Shown here piece after piece: positions 21,439 through 31,069 of a stretch of 64,000 nucleotides of DNA. The number at the start of each line of letters is the position of its first letter. Positions within the stretch are counted from its first letter, which is position 1. The DNA is from an uncultured Phycisphaerales bacterium. GTDB taxonomy: Bacteria; Planctomycetota; Phycisphaerae; Sedimentisphaerales; Anaerobacaceae. A program made the position numbers and the translations under genes. The DNA is taken from positions 1,248,001-1,312,000 of the forward strand of contig OY970359.1 of assembly GCA_963718665.1 (NCBI GenBank), given 5' to 3'. The notes beneath the pieces are model-generated. The model saw only the letters and a program-made list of their open reading frames with translations. It did not search any database and was not told the DNA's origin.

Positions 21439-22231
21439 ACAGCTCTTTGAACCTGGCGGCTATGTCTCTGCTTTCGCAAAGCGTCTGTCCAATCAGCACC
21501 GCGCTTACGCCCGCCGATTTCAATTTTTCAACGTCAGCCCTCGTCTTGATTCCGCTCTCGGCCACCAAATCGACCTTGTTATCCAGCAGGCCCGCAAGAC
21601 GCAGCGTCGTATTCAAATCCACCTGCATTGTCGCCAGGTCCCGGTTGTTTATCCCCAGAACACTGTAGCCCTTTCTCGGAAAGCCGACCATACTTCGCAC
21701 ACCCAAAAGCGAATCCGCGTCGTGAATTTCCAGCAGCACCGTCAGCGTCAGCTCTGCCGCGGCTATCATCAAATCCGCAAGCTCCGCCGGCTTCAACGCC
21801 TCCGCTATCAGCAGTATCGCGTCCGCCCCCGCCACCCGCGACTCATAAACCTGCCAGATATCGATGATAAAATCCTTGCGCAAAATCGGCAAATCCACCG
21901 CGTGCTTCACCTGGTCGATATATTCGAGCTTGCCCTGAAAATACTTCTCGTCCGTTAAAACGCTGATGGCGTCCGCCCCGCATTTCGCGTATGCCTTTGC
22001 GATTGTCACTGGCGCAAAGTCCCTGCATATCACCCCCGCCGACGGCGACGCCTTTTTTATCTCAGCGATAACATTCAGCCCTCTTTTATTCGTCTTCGTC
22101 ACGGCCTTATAAAAATTCCGGCACTTGTCCAGAATCGAAAGCTGCTCTTTCAGCTCCTCCAAGGGCCGCTGCCTTTTCCGCTTTTCGACTTCTTTCCTCT
22201 TATCCGCGATTATCTGTTCCAATATGGTCAC
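21431..22231 (-). CDS. trpC: Indole-3-glycerol phosphate synthase
   Basis: IAEIKKASPS, SVLTD, LRKDF, GINNRDL, AESG. Confidence 0.96.
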   Translation of the reverse strand: MTILEQIIADKRKEVEKRKRQRPLEELKEQLSILDKCRNFYKAVTKTNKRGLNVIAEIKKASPSAGVICRDFAPVTIAKAYAKCGADAISVLTDEKYFQGKLEYIDQVKHAVDLPILRKDFIIDIWQVYESRVAGADAILLIAEALKPAELADLMIAAAELTLTVLLEIHDADSLLGVRSMVGFPRKGYSVLGINNRDLATMQVDLNTTLRLAGLLDNKVDLVAESGIKTRADVEKLKSAGVSAVLIGQTLCESRDIAARFKELFD

Positions 22232-22257
22232 GAATGTCCCTTTGCGCTTTTTACTCG

Positions 22258-22659
22258 CTAATTTCCGGTTTGACTTGCAACCTTGACATATACCATACGA
22301 AGCTCATTAAGCGCGCTCGTTATGGCCTGCTGCTCCTCGTCGTTAAGATTGCCCTTGGTCTTCGCTTCGAGCATCCCTAGCATATCGATATTATACTTGG
22401 CAAGCGCAAGGTCTGGCGCACGTTTCTCCTGTCCCTTCACCTGGATAAACCCAAGCGAAAAAAGCGTCTGAGTGAAAAGCATGCTCACCAAAGCCGCGAA
22501 ATCCCCTTCAGGCAGCGCACCCTGGCGCCCGCCCTCTTCGGCTTCCTGCTTTTGCGACTCCTCATCCGCCGCCAGCACTTCCTTTTCCTTCTTGGCCTGC
22601 TGCTTCCAGTCCTCATCGATAAATATCTTCTTCTCGTCTTTTTTCTCGTTCTCAGCCAT
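22258..22659 (-). CDS. DUF1844 family protein
   Basis: IDEDWK, DLALAKYNIDMLGMLEAKTKGNL. Confidence 0.85.
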   Translation of the reverse strand: MAENEKKDEKKIFIDEDWKQQAKKEKEVLAADEESQKQEAEEGGRQGALPEGDFAALVSMLFTQTLFSLGFIQVKGQEKRAPDLALAKYNIDMLGMLEAKTKGNLNDEEQQAITSALNELRMVYVKVASQTGN

Positions 22660-22679
22660 AACCTGTTCGCTCCTTATTT

Positions 22680-23165
22680 TTAGCGACGAAACTTTTTCAT
22701 CCGTTTGTCAATGTCCCTTTTCTGTTCGCGTTCAGCTATCGCCTGGCGTTTGTCATATTGCCTTTTGCCTCGCGCAAGCGCAACTTCCGTTTTCGCCAGG
22801 CCCTTTTGATTGAAATATATCCGCAAAGGCACAAGCGTATAGCCGCGCTGTTCGAGTTTCGTGTAAATCTTGCGAATCTCATGCTTGTGCATCAGCAGTT
22901 TTCTTTTCCGCGTCGGGTTGTGACCGGTTAAACCCGTTATCTGGTATTGCGAAATTTTCGCGCCCACCAGCCAGCATTCCCCGTTCACGATTCTCGCGTA
23001 TGAGCCGCTCAGGTCCGCCTGCCCTGTGCGCAGCGACTTCACCTCGCTGCCCAAAAGCTCCATCCCCGCTTCGAACTTGTCTTCTATCTCGAAGTTATGC
23101 CATGCCTTTTTGTTGACCGCGACCGAAATGGCCGCCGCGTCTTTTTTCTGGGATTTTGCGGACAT
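22680..23165 (-). CDS. smpB: SsrA-binding protein
   Basis: NKKAWHNF, EAGMELLGSEVKSLR, RKLLMHK, GKRQYDKR. Confidence 0.97.
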   Translation of the reverse strand: MSAKSQKKDAAAISVAVNKKAWHNFEIEDKFEAGMELLGSEVKSLRTGQADLSGSYARIVNGECWLVGAKISQYQITGLTGHNPTRKRKLLMHKHEIRKIYTKLEQRGYTLVPLRIYFNQKGLAKTEVALARGKRQYDKRQAIAEREQKRDIDKRMKKFRR

Positions 23166-23166
23166 T

Positions 23167-23241
23167 TTTACCCCGTGAGATATGCTCTTATTGGCAAATC
23201 AGGACCATCCTGTTCTTCTTCAAATTATCTCACGGGGTAAA
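23167..23241. repeat. 75-bp element with 16-bp perfect terminal inverted repeats (MITE/REP-like)
   Basis: TTTACCCCGTGAGATA ... TATCTCACGGGGTAAA; a related copy lies at 33458-33527. Confidence 0.75.
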
Positions 23242-23339
23242 TAATAGCCGCCTTGGCCCATTTTTGCAAGGTCAACGGTTACCGGAAAGAAAATGAGGTC
23301 TTCGGCAACCGAGAAAAACAGTGTAAATCCGCAACTTGT

Positions 23340-23406
23340 TATTTTTGCCTTTTTACTTTTAACTTTTTACTTTTTTCTCTGTGACCTCTGTGTCCTCTGT
23401 GGCTAA
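23340..23406. repeat. Short tandem 7-mer (TTTTTAC-like) and 9-mer (CTCTGTGNC-like) repeats
   Basis: tttttgcc-tttttac-ttttaac-tttttac; ctctgtgac-ctctgtgtc-ctctgtggc. Confidence 0.65.
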
Positions 23407-23426
23407 ACAAAAATATTCTCTGTGGC

Positions 23427-25886
23427 TTACATCGACGCCTTGCGATTCTCCTGGCAGAACTTGCCCATCAGCATCATCGCCTTATTAGTCGCCTCCGCCG
23501 AGCCGTCCATCTTCGCAAACGCATCCACCAGCGCAACCAAATCCGGGTCCGCCGGCACTCGCCCATAATGATGAGCCACGTTTACTATCCCCGCGTCAAG
23601 CCCGTATTCCATCGCCTTTGCCACGTAAGCCCTGCAAACGCCAATCCTCCGCCCCGGCAAATCGCGAACCGAATTACTGATGCCCAGCGAGCAATGCACG
23701 CCTTTCATCGCCGAATCGCTCTTTATTTTCTTGATTGCCTCGAATGCCCGGTACGTATATCCCGGCACCCCCGGCTCCATCGGCATATCTATCGCCAGCG
23801 GGAAAACCGTCGAATCGAAGAAAATCTCCTCCGGCTTAAACCCATACTGCCCCACCGCCTTCTCGTAAATCCTCTTCGCCAGCGAATACAATTCTTCCAT
23901 CGAATGTGACCCGCCCGGCCCCGTCGGCTTGTCCTCCGTCATCAATAACCCGATGAACGCGTAATCGTAATCCCTCTTCAGCGGGAAAAATTTATCCATC
24001 GTGTAAATCTTCACCGAATTTATAAGCGGCTGCTTCACCACCTCATCCGTGTCATACCACTCCTTCACCGCCGCGATGAGCACGTCGTTGTTGCCGCTGT
24101 CGATGCAGATGGGTACACCATCGCTCCACTTTCGCACTAACTTCACGTATTCGCACATCATATTCACCGCAACCTGCTGGTCATCCTCGCCGAATGCGTC
24201 AACGTTCACCGCGATATAATCCGCCCCGTCGTTCGCCTGCGATTCAATCAGCGCCCTGATATAATTCAAAGGCCCGCTCGGCTTGGTATATGCATCAGGC
24301 CCTAATTCCGCTAATTGTTTCATTATCTGCCCCGTCTTCGGTATCGAGGCGTGAACCGATTCGCCAATCGAAATCAGCGCGTTCTTCATCGTATGGTCCT
24401 TCCCGAACAAATAATTCAGAATCGACGCTGTCTTCTCCAGTGCCTTTATCCTCGGCTTATTGATTGTTCGTTTGAGTTTCGTAATGCCAAATTTTTCAGA
24501 TGCCGCTGCGTCGTAAATCAATTCCCCGATGCAAACTCGCTCCAGATTATTTCCGCACTTCCCATCGGCCGTCGCGTCCCCGCACGGCGCGTTTGCGAGC
24601 CCCTTTTCGCATCCCCCCATCGTGCAAAGCCCGAAATTCTCAGGCAAGTAACAATCCCCGCACCCCTCGCAGTCAAATATCAAATACTTGAGCGCACTCT
24701 CATTGGCGTGGAATAATTTATATATCGCGCCTTCCCCTTTTTCCGTCCCCAGCGCAGCCATCGTGCCCCTGAACATCTTAAACCCGCGATAATCAGGATT
24801 CAAAATCGCCCTGTGCATAAAGTTGAAAAACTTATGATTAAACGTCGCCTTCGGCTTCGACAAAGTTCTCTCTCGACCGCTATCATCATAAAGATAAAAC
24901 GCCCTCTTCGCGGGAAAGCACAGATTGTCCTTGTATTGTCCCCACCCGTCGCCAATCTCCGCCGCCCTCTTCAAAATCCCAGCGAACGTCTCAAAATTAC
25001 TCACGCCCCCGATATCCACCCCCGCCGCGCCAATCGCCTTATACATCGCCACCTGCTGCGCCGCCCGCTCGATATGCTGCGACAAATTCTCCGAATACAG
25101 CTTCGCCAGAAACTCATCGCTCACAAAACACCCCGTCAGTTTCGCGTCGTGCATCAACCTCGGCGCCGCCGTCGTTGTGCTCAAAAGAAAAACATTGCCG
25201 AATACGGGGATATTTATTTTATGATTATCTAAGTATTTGAACAGCTCCTGCGATTTCTTCCAGTCCCAGCCGACCTGCGTAATCAAAAATTTCGCCCCGC
25301 ACGCAATCTTCTTCTCCATCTTGTAATATTGCTGCATCTGCGATTGCTCTGTGTATTTGAATGGTGACACCGCCGCACCAGGGAAAAACTGGTGCACCTT
25401 TCCCAAATCCGCCGGCTTCGCCTTTAGATACCCCTCGTTGTTCATATCCCTGATGACCTGCAGCAATCCAATCGAATCCAAGTCGAAAACGCCCGTCGCT
25501 AAAATCGGCTTATCGCCCGTAAGAATCAGCACGCTCTCAACGCCCGAATCTCTCAGCCCCACAAGCGACGTAACAAGCGAATTGGCGTTCTGGTCCTTGC
25601 ACGAAATATGCGGCACACAATCCAAATCGCCCAGCAGACCTTCGGCGTTCAACCTGTCAATCGCGTGCCCCGGGTCGATATTTGCCACCCCGCCCGGATT
25701 CTGCGGCAGCATTATCCCTGCGAAATCGAACCCCGCCGGTATCGAATCAGGGCCTGCTTTCTTGTAAGCCGACAAAAACTTCCCTATCGGCCCAAAGTCA
25801 AAATTCGGCCCGCCCGTAAGCTCCGCTACCACTACGAAACCGGATTTGCTTTCCAGCCGTTCGCTTATCCTTTTCCGCTGCCCCAT
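23427..25886 (-). CDS. Methylenetetrahydrofolate reductase fused to a MetV-like Cys-rich domain and a pterin-binding methyltransferase domain
   Basis: PHISCKD, LTGD, ITQVGWD (MetF); CEGCGDC...C...C...PCG...C...C (MTHFR_C/MetV); IGESVHASIP, ICIDS, INS, GISN, GLDAGIVN (pterin-binding). Confidence 0.85.
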   Translation of the reverse strand: MGQRKRISERLESKSGFVVVAELTGGPNFDFGPIGKFLSAYKKAGPDSIPAGFDFAGIMLPQNPGGVANIDPGHAIDRLNAEGLLGDLDCVPHISCKDQNANSLVTSLVGLRDSGVESVLILTGDKPILATGVFDLDSIGLLQVIRDMNNEGYLKAKPADLGKVHQFFPGAAVSPFKYTEQSQMQQYYKMEKKIACGAKFLITQVGWDWKKSQELFKYLDNHKINIPVFGNVFLLSTTTAAPRLMHDAKLTGCFVSDEFLAKLYSENLSQHIERAAQQVAMYKAIGAAGVDIGGVSNFETFAGILKRAAEIGDGWGQYKDNLCFPAKRAFYLYDDSGRERTLSKPKATFNHKFFNFMHRAILNPDYRGFKMFRGTMAALGTEKGEGAIYKLFHANESALKYLIFDCEGCGDCYLPENFGLCTMGGCEKGLANAPCGDATADGKCGNNLERVCIGELIYDAAASEKFGITKLKRTINKPRIKALEKTASILNYLFGKDHTMKNALISIGESVHASIPKTGQIMKQLAELGPDAYTKPSGPLNYIRALIESQANDGADYIAVNVDAFGEDDQQVAVNMMCEYVKLVRKWSDGVPICIDSGNNDVLIAAVKEWYDTDEVVKQPLINSVKIYTMDKFFPLKRDYDYAFIGLLMTEDKPTGPGGSHSMEELYSLAKRIYEKAVGQYGFKPEEIFFDSTVFPLAIDMPMEPGVPGYTYRAFEAIKKIKSDSAMKGVHCSLGISNSVRDLPGRRIGVCRAYVAKAMEYGLDAGIVNVAHHYGRVPADPDLVALVDAFAKMDGSAEATNKAMMLMGKFCQENRKASM

Positions 25887-26044
25887 TTATCATTCCTAAT
25901 AAATGCGCTATTCGTGTTCTTTTCGTTATATATATATTACGTCTCGACACAAAAATGGTGTCTTAAAACACCACCATTATAACTGTATGATGATAAATTA
26001 CCACTCCGTTCGGGCGTCTTGATTCGGGGTCCTCTTATTCCGAT

Positions 26045-26070
26045 TTAGCCCCGGCCCCGCGCGGCCGGGG
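26045..26070 (+). repeat. REP palindrome, left copy flanking the RAYT
   Basis: TTAG followed by the CCCCGGCC-ccgcgc-GGCCGGGG hairpin. Confidence 0.8.
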
Positions 26071-26074
26071 TTTC

Positions 26075-26527
26075 TTAAGTTTCTTGTCCTTCAACGTACT
26101 TGATTCTGTTTTTCAGTGCCGCCTCATCAAAACAAAACCTGCTATCGTAACTTCTTGTCCAAACTTTTCCTTTGAACCCTCTCTCTCGTAGTGCATAGTA
26201 TGCTGCTGTCTTGAATCGATTTACAACCTTATCTGCCGGCTTGCCGCCTTCTTTGATAACTATATGTACGTGGCTGCTCCAGACCGATAATGCGAGTATC
26301 GTTTCCCCGATTCTCTCCGCCTCTTGAAGTATTGCCGTTCTCGCAATCTCACGTTCTCGTTTTCTCAGCCTGACCTCATCCCCTTTTATCGCCTTCTTAT
26401 TGGCTTGTTCTAATTCCTCACATCCCTCAAGTGTTTCCCCGTCCTTTACAAATCCTCTTTTGTCTCCTTGTAACCAGGTGCCATACGTTGTGAATGTCAC
26501 CATATATCCGAGAGTATTACCCATCAA
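26075..26527 (-). mobile_element. REP-associated tyrosine transposase (RAYT, Y1/HUH)
   Basis: YMVTFTTYGTWLQGD, HUH motif HVH, VW, catalytic Y in KYV; flanked by REPs. Confidence 0.85.
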
Positions 26528-26581
26528 CGCTCTTCCTTCTTTGATTTCGATCCCGCGAGGTGGGGATTCCCTTATCCTGAT

Positions 26582-26606
26582 TTAGCCCCGGCCCCGCGCG
26601 GCCAGG
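26582..26606 (+). repeat. REP palindrome, right copy
   Basis: TTAGCCCCGGCCCCGCGCGGCCAGG, a direct repeat of 26045-26070. Confidence 0.8.
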
Positions 26607-26608
26607 AT

Positions 26609-26884
26609 TCATTTCCCTTTTTTGCCTGCCGTCCGCAGTGCTGACTTATTTTTCGCCATTTCTAACTGCTTCCCAATAGCACCAATTATTTCCTCATAAT
26701 ACTCCGCTATGCTCCTCGCCTCATGAGCACTTGAGCATTCTTCAATAAAACATGATTCGTCGTTTGTGTATCCCTCTTCCATATATTGTTCGGTGTCTCG
26801 CCAAACCTTCGTCCTTTCACGAAGGCCGTCTAAAATCTGACCAACCATATTATCCGGCAATTTTAATGTAATTTCCTTATCCAT
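26609..26884 (-). CDS. Small acidic hypothetical protein
   Basis: 91-aa ORF with a GGAGG RBS, directly downstream of the HNH gene. Confidence 0.65.
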   Translation of the reverse strand: MDKEITLKLPDNMVGQILDGLRERTKVWRDTEQYMEEGYTNDESCFIEECSSAHEARSIAEYYEEIIGAIGKQLEMAKNKSALRTAGKKGK

Positions 26885-26897
26885 TTTTGTCCTCCGA

Positions 26898-27662
26898 TTA
26901 TTGCAAAAATATCTTTTCTCTATGATACGCCAACGCTATTGGGTCTGGCCCAAATCTGTCTGGCAGATTAATCCTCTCGCCTTCAATTTCTAACAGACCG
27001 ATACGATGTAGTTTTGAAGCATTAGGCGTCTTAATTTCTCGTGACACGGCTATCTTAAAATCTTCACAAATCGTTATCAAACCCCGGTCAAAAGCCCTAT
27101 CGTGCAATGCACAAAGGCATATTCCATTCCGTGGGTCCGCCCTGCGTTGTTTGTTCGCGGCCCAAGGGATAATGTGACTCGCATTTAACATCACTGGCAG
27201 GGACATTCTGCATAAGGCACAATTAAAATTGTAACTTGCCAATACCGTGTCTCTGAAAAACCGTTGCACGAGTCGAACCTTTACGCTCCTTTCAACTTCT
27301 GTAACCGAAGGTTCCGAAAAATCAAGAATCTCTTCTTGTTCCAATGTCTTGCTCAATTGTTGAACAACACGTTGACTTTCGCTTGCCAAACCCTGCCAGT
27401 CCTCGTGAAATTCCTTCCAAATATATTCATCCTGTTTACTGCCATGCTGCAACCCTTTAACATTGCGGAGCCGATGCGTAGGGTCTAAACTTGCGAAGTT
27501 CACCATTTTCATAGCGACCGCACTGGGCGTTCGGCCTATCTTGTTTGCCAATTCTATTATCATCGGGTTGGATTTATGAATGCGGCCAAAAGGCGTTCTA
27601 CAGTAAAGGTTGAACGCTACGATTAGCTCGTTCCTCGTCCATTTCTCTCGTGTCGGCGTCAT
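26898..27662 (-). CDS. HNH endonuclease (putative modification-dependent restriction enzyme)
   Basis: CALC...ASHIIPW...NGICLCALHDRAFDRG; helical N-terminal domain WTRNELIVA...GRTPSAVAMK; GAGG RBS before ATG 27662. Confidence 0.85.
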   Translation of the reverse strand: MTPTREKWTRNELIVAFNLYCRTPFGRIHKSNPMIIELANKIGRTPSAVAMKMVNFASLDPTHRLRNVKGLQHGSKQDEYIWKEFHEDWQGLASESQRVVQQLSKTLEQEEILDFSEPSVTEVERSVKVRLVQRFFRDTVLASYNFNCALCRMSLPVMLNASHIIPWAANKQRRADPRNGICLCALHDRAFDRGLITICEDFKIAVSREIKTPNASKLHRIGLLEIEGERINLPDRFGPDPIALAYHREKIFLQ

Positions 27663-27754
27663 TTCCTCTAACCTCTCAAAACTCAATCTGTTTCCGTGTT
27701 TTTGTTAAGATAGCATTTTCGGTTCGTAAGTCCTTGTGTGCAAGCATTTTCCTG

Positions 27755-28117
27755 GAAAACAGAAAAAACACTTCGCCGGAAATAATCGTTCGTTCCATCG
27801 TCCATCGAATGGGTTATCGTTACGCTTTACATCGCAGCGACCTTCCCGGCCATCCGGATATCGTTCTGGTCAAACACAAAAAAATAATCTTTGTTCATGG
27901 CTGTTTCTGGCATATGCACCGCTGCCGATACGGCCGAGTTATACCCGCTACTCGAACAGAATTCTGGCAAAATAAACGTCGCGGCAACGTCCTCCGTGAC
28001 AAACGAAATACCCGAAAGTTAAAGAATATGGGCTGGAAGGTTCTTATTATATGGGAATGTCAAATCCGTAACTCTGAAAAACTCCCCGCCATCCTTAAAA
28101 AGTTCCTTGCCCCCTAA
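27755..28117 (+). pseudogene. vsr: Very short patch repair endonuclease, apparently 5'-truncated
   Basis: NTSPE, DLPGHPDIV, FVHGCFWH, IWEC; the usual N-terminal segment and a credible start codon are missing. Confidence 0.8.
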
Positions 28118-28184
28118 CCCCCCAAAACAAGTCCCGTTTTTTCGTTAAAAACCGAGGTTTACCCGCCTCCGGCGGCCTCCTAAT

Positions 28185-28250
28185 TACGAAATACTAAATA
28201 CGAACGACTAACCACTATCGACTAACCACTAACGACTATCGACTAATTAA
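28185..28250. repeat. Heptamer tandem repeats (TACGAAA/TACTAAA, GACTAAC/CACTATC)
   Basis: About nine degenerate 7-bp units are directly visible. Confidence 0.7.
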
Positions 28251-28527
28251 ATCCGTGTCTTTCCTCGACTTAAATCAGTAGTTTCGGCCAGTTCCGGCAA
28301 GTTTGCCGATGAACGACGCAGTCGGTCTTGTGGACGAGATACGGGCCAATCGCACCCCTTACCGGGGAGAATTGGCCGCAGCGAGTACACATCCCTGGCC
28401 GAAACCTTCGTGTAGCTTCGCGCTCTCCGTGGTAAAAAGCTGTCTGTGGTTTAAATATCTTTGCGTTCTCCGCGGTCTCTGCGGAAAACCGCCCCTCAAA
28501 AAAATTTTATTTTTTCCATTTTCGTCC

Positions 28528-28555
28528 TTGACGTCTGTCGTAATTGTAGTACAAT
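28528..28555 (+). promoter_or_regulatory. Sigma70-type rRNA promoter
   Basis: TTGACG-16 bp-TACAAT with an AT-rich upstream tract; boxA-like TGTTCTTT at 28623. Confidence 0.75.
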
Positions 28556-28827
28556 TGCTCTTCTCAATGGTCAAGCTAACAACGATGTTGCTTGGCCATT
28601 GGTGTCTTAACAAGGCACAAGTTGTTCTTTTACAAGTTAACAGTATAGCCAAATACAGCAACGAAAGTGCATTTTTAACCCTCCGTAGCCCGCAGGGCGA
28701 AGGGGGGTCTCAGCACTTTCGATGTGTGTGCCAATGAATGTGTTGAGCCTTTCATCCCGCTTGTCGGGATGAGAATTAACAAGACGACCTCCGTTCGGCG
28801 ACTTAATCGCCGGCGGATCGATGAATC

Positions 28828-30394
<1,567 letters not shown>

Positions 30395-30479
30395 AGGATA
30401 TATTTAGACCTCGCCCTTATGGGGTGAGTGTATTAGTCAGACATTTTCGTTGCTGTGGCTTGCTGTTACTTGAAAAGAT

Positions 30480-30509
30480 AAGCCCCGTGTGACCCACGGG
30501 GCTTTTTTT
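30480..30509 (+). terminator. Intrinsic terminator after the 16S gene
   Basis: AAGCCCCGTG-tgacc-CACGGGGCTT followed by a T tract. Confidence 0.85.
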
Positions 30510-30536
30510 ATTTTTATGAACCCAATGAAAGACCCA

Positions 30537-30935
30537 CCCCCACACTTGTCTGCCACCCACTGCCCCCTCTGCTTGTTTGCACAAGCAAACTGAGGGGGCA
30601 AAGCGTGGGGGCGTGCGACAAGTAGCCGTGGGGGCAGGCAGATTACACGGATGGACACGGATTAAGTCAGCCGGGGGCGTAATCGACAAGACCTGTGCTC
30701 CAAATAAGATTTGTGCGCCACGCCTTGGTCTCTTCCGCGGCCCCTTAGGGGCCGCTGTTACCAGCGTTCCGGCTGACAATAATAACAATAACCAAAACAA
30801 CTGGGTCCCTGCCAACGGCATGCGGGGATCTACGCTTCGCTCCGAGCGGATAAACTACACTACTACTGGACCCCAGATAACGACGTTTTGGGGTCTTCCC
30901 CCTTCGCTAAGAGCTACGGCGGGACAGGCCGCTAC
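30537..30935. repeat. Cluster of GC-rich hairpins / REP-like elements
   Basis: Long rod at 30537-30634; GCGGCCCCttaGGGGCCGC; GACCCCAG...TTGGGGTC; CCTTCGCTAAGAGCTACGGCGG. Confidence 0.55.
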
Positions 30936-31069
30936 GCTGCGGAAAGTTTGCCTATTTTAACAGGAAGAGGGGGGCGTTTTTTTCATTCCCGCAAAGGAAT
31001 CTGCTGCCAGCACTACAGAGCAGCTGGTCCCTTTATCGTCCGATACTAGGGGTTCCCATCTGAGGTTCT

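Noticed and set aside
25887..26040. SAM or other riboswitch upstream of the metF fusion
   Set aside because: The leader is short and AT-rich and lacks recognisable riboswitch consensus elements.
30770..30815. AAC/AAT-rich run resembling a DGR template repeat
   Set aside because: No reverse transcriptase or Avd gene and no matching variable repeat in the window; it reads better as a linker between hairpins.
30670..30960. Possible tmRNA (GGGGGCG...TCGAC plus an Asn-rich reading frame; smpB is in the window)
   Set aside because: No tRNA-like 3' end (T-arm plus CCA) and no tag ending in ALAA-stop or similar.
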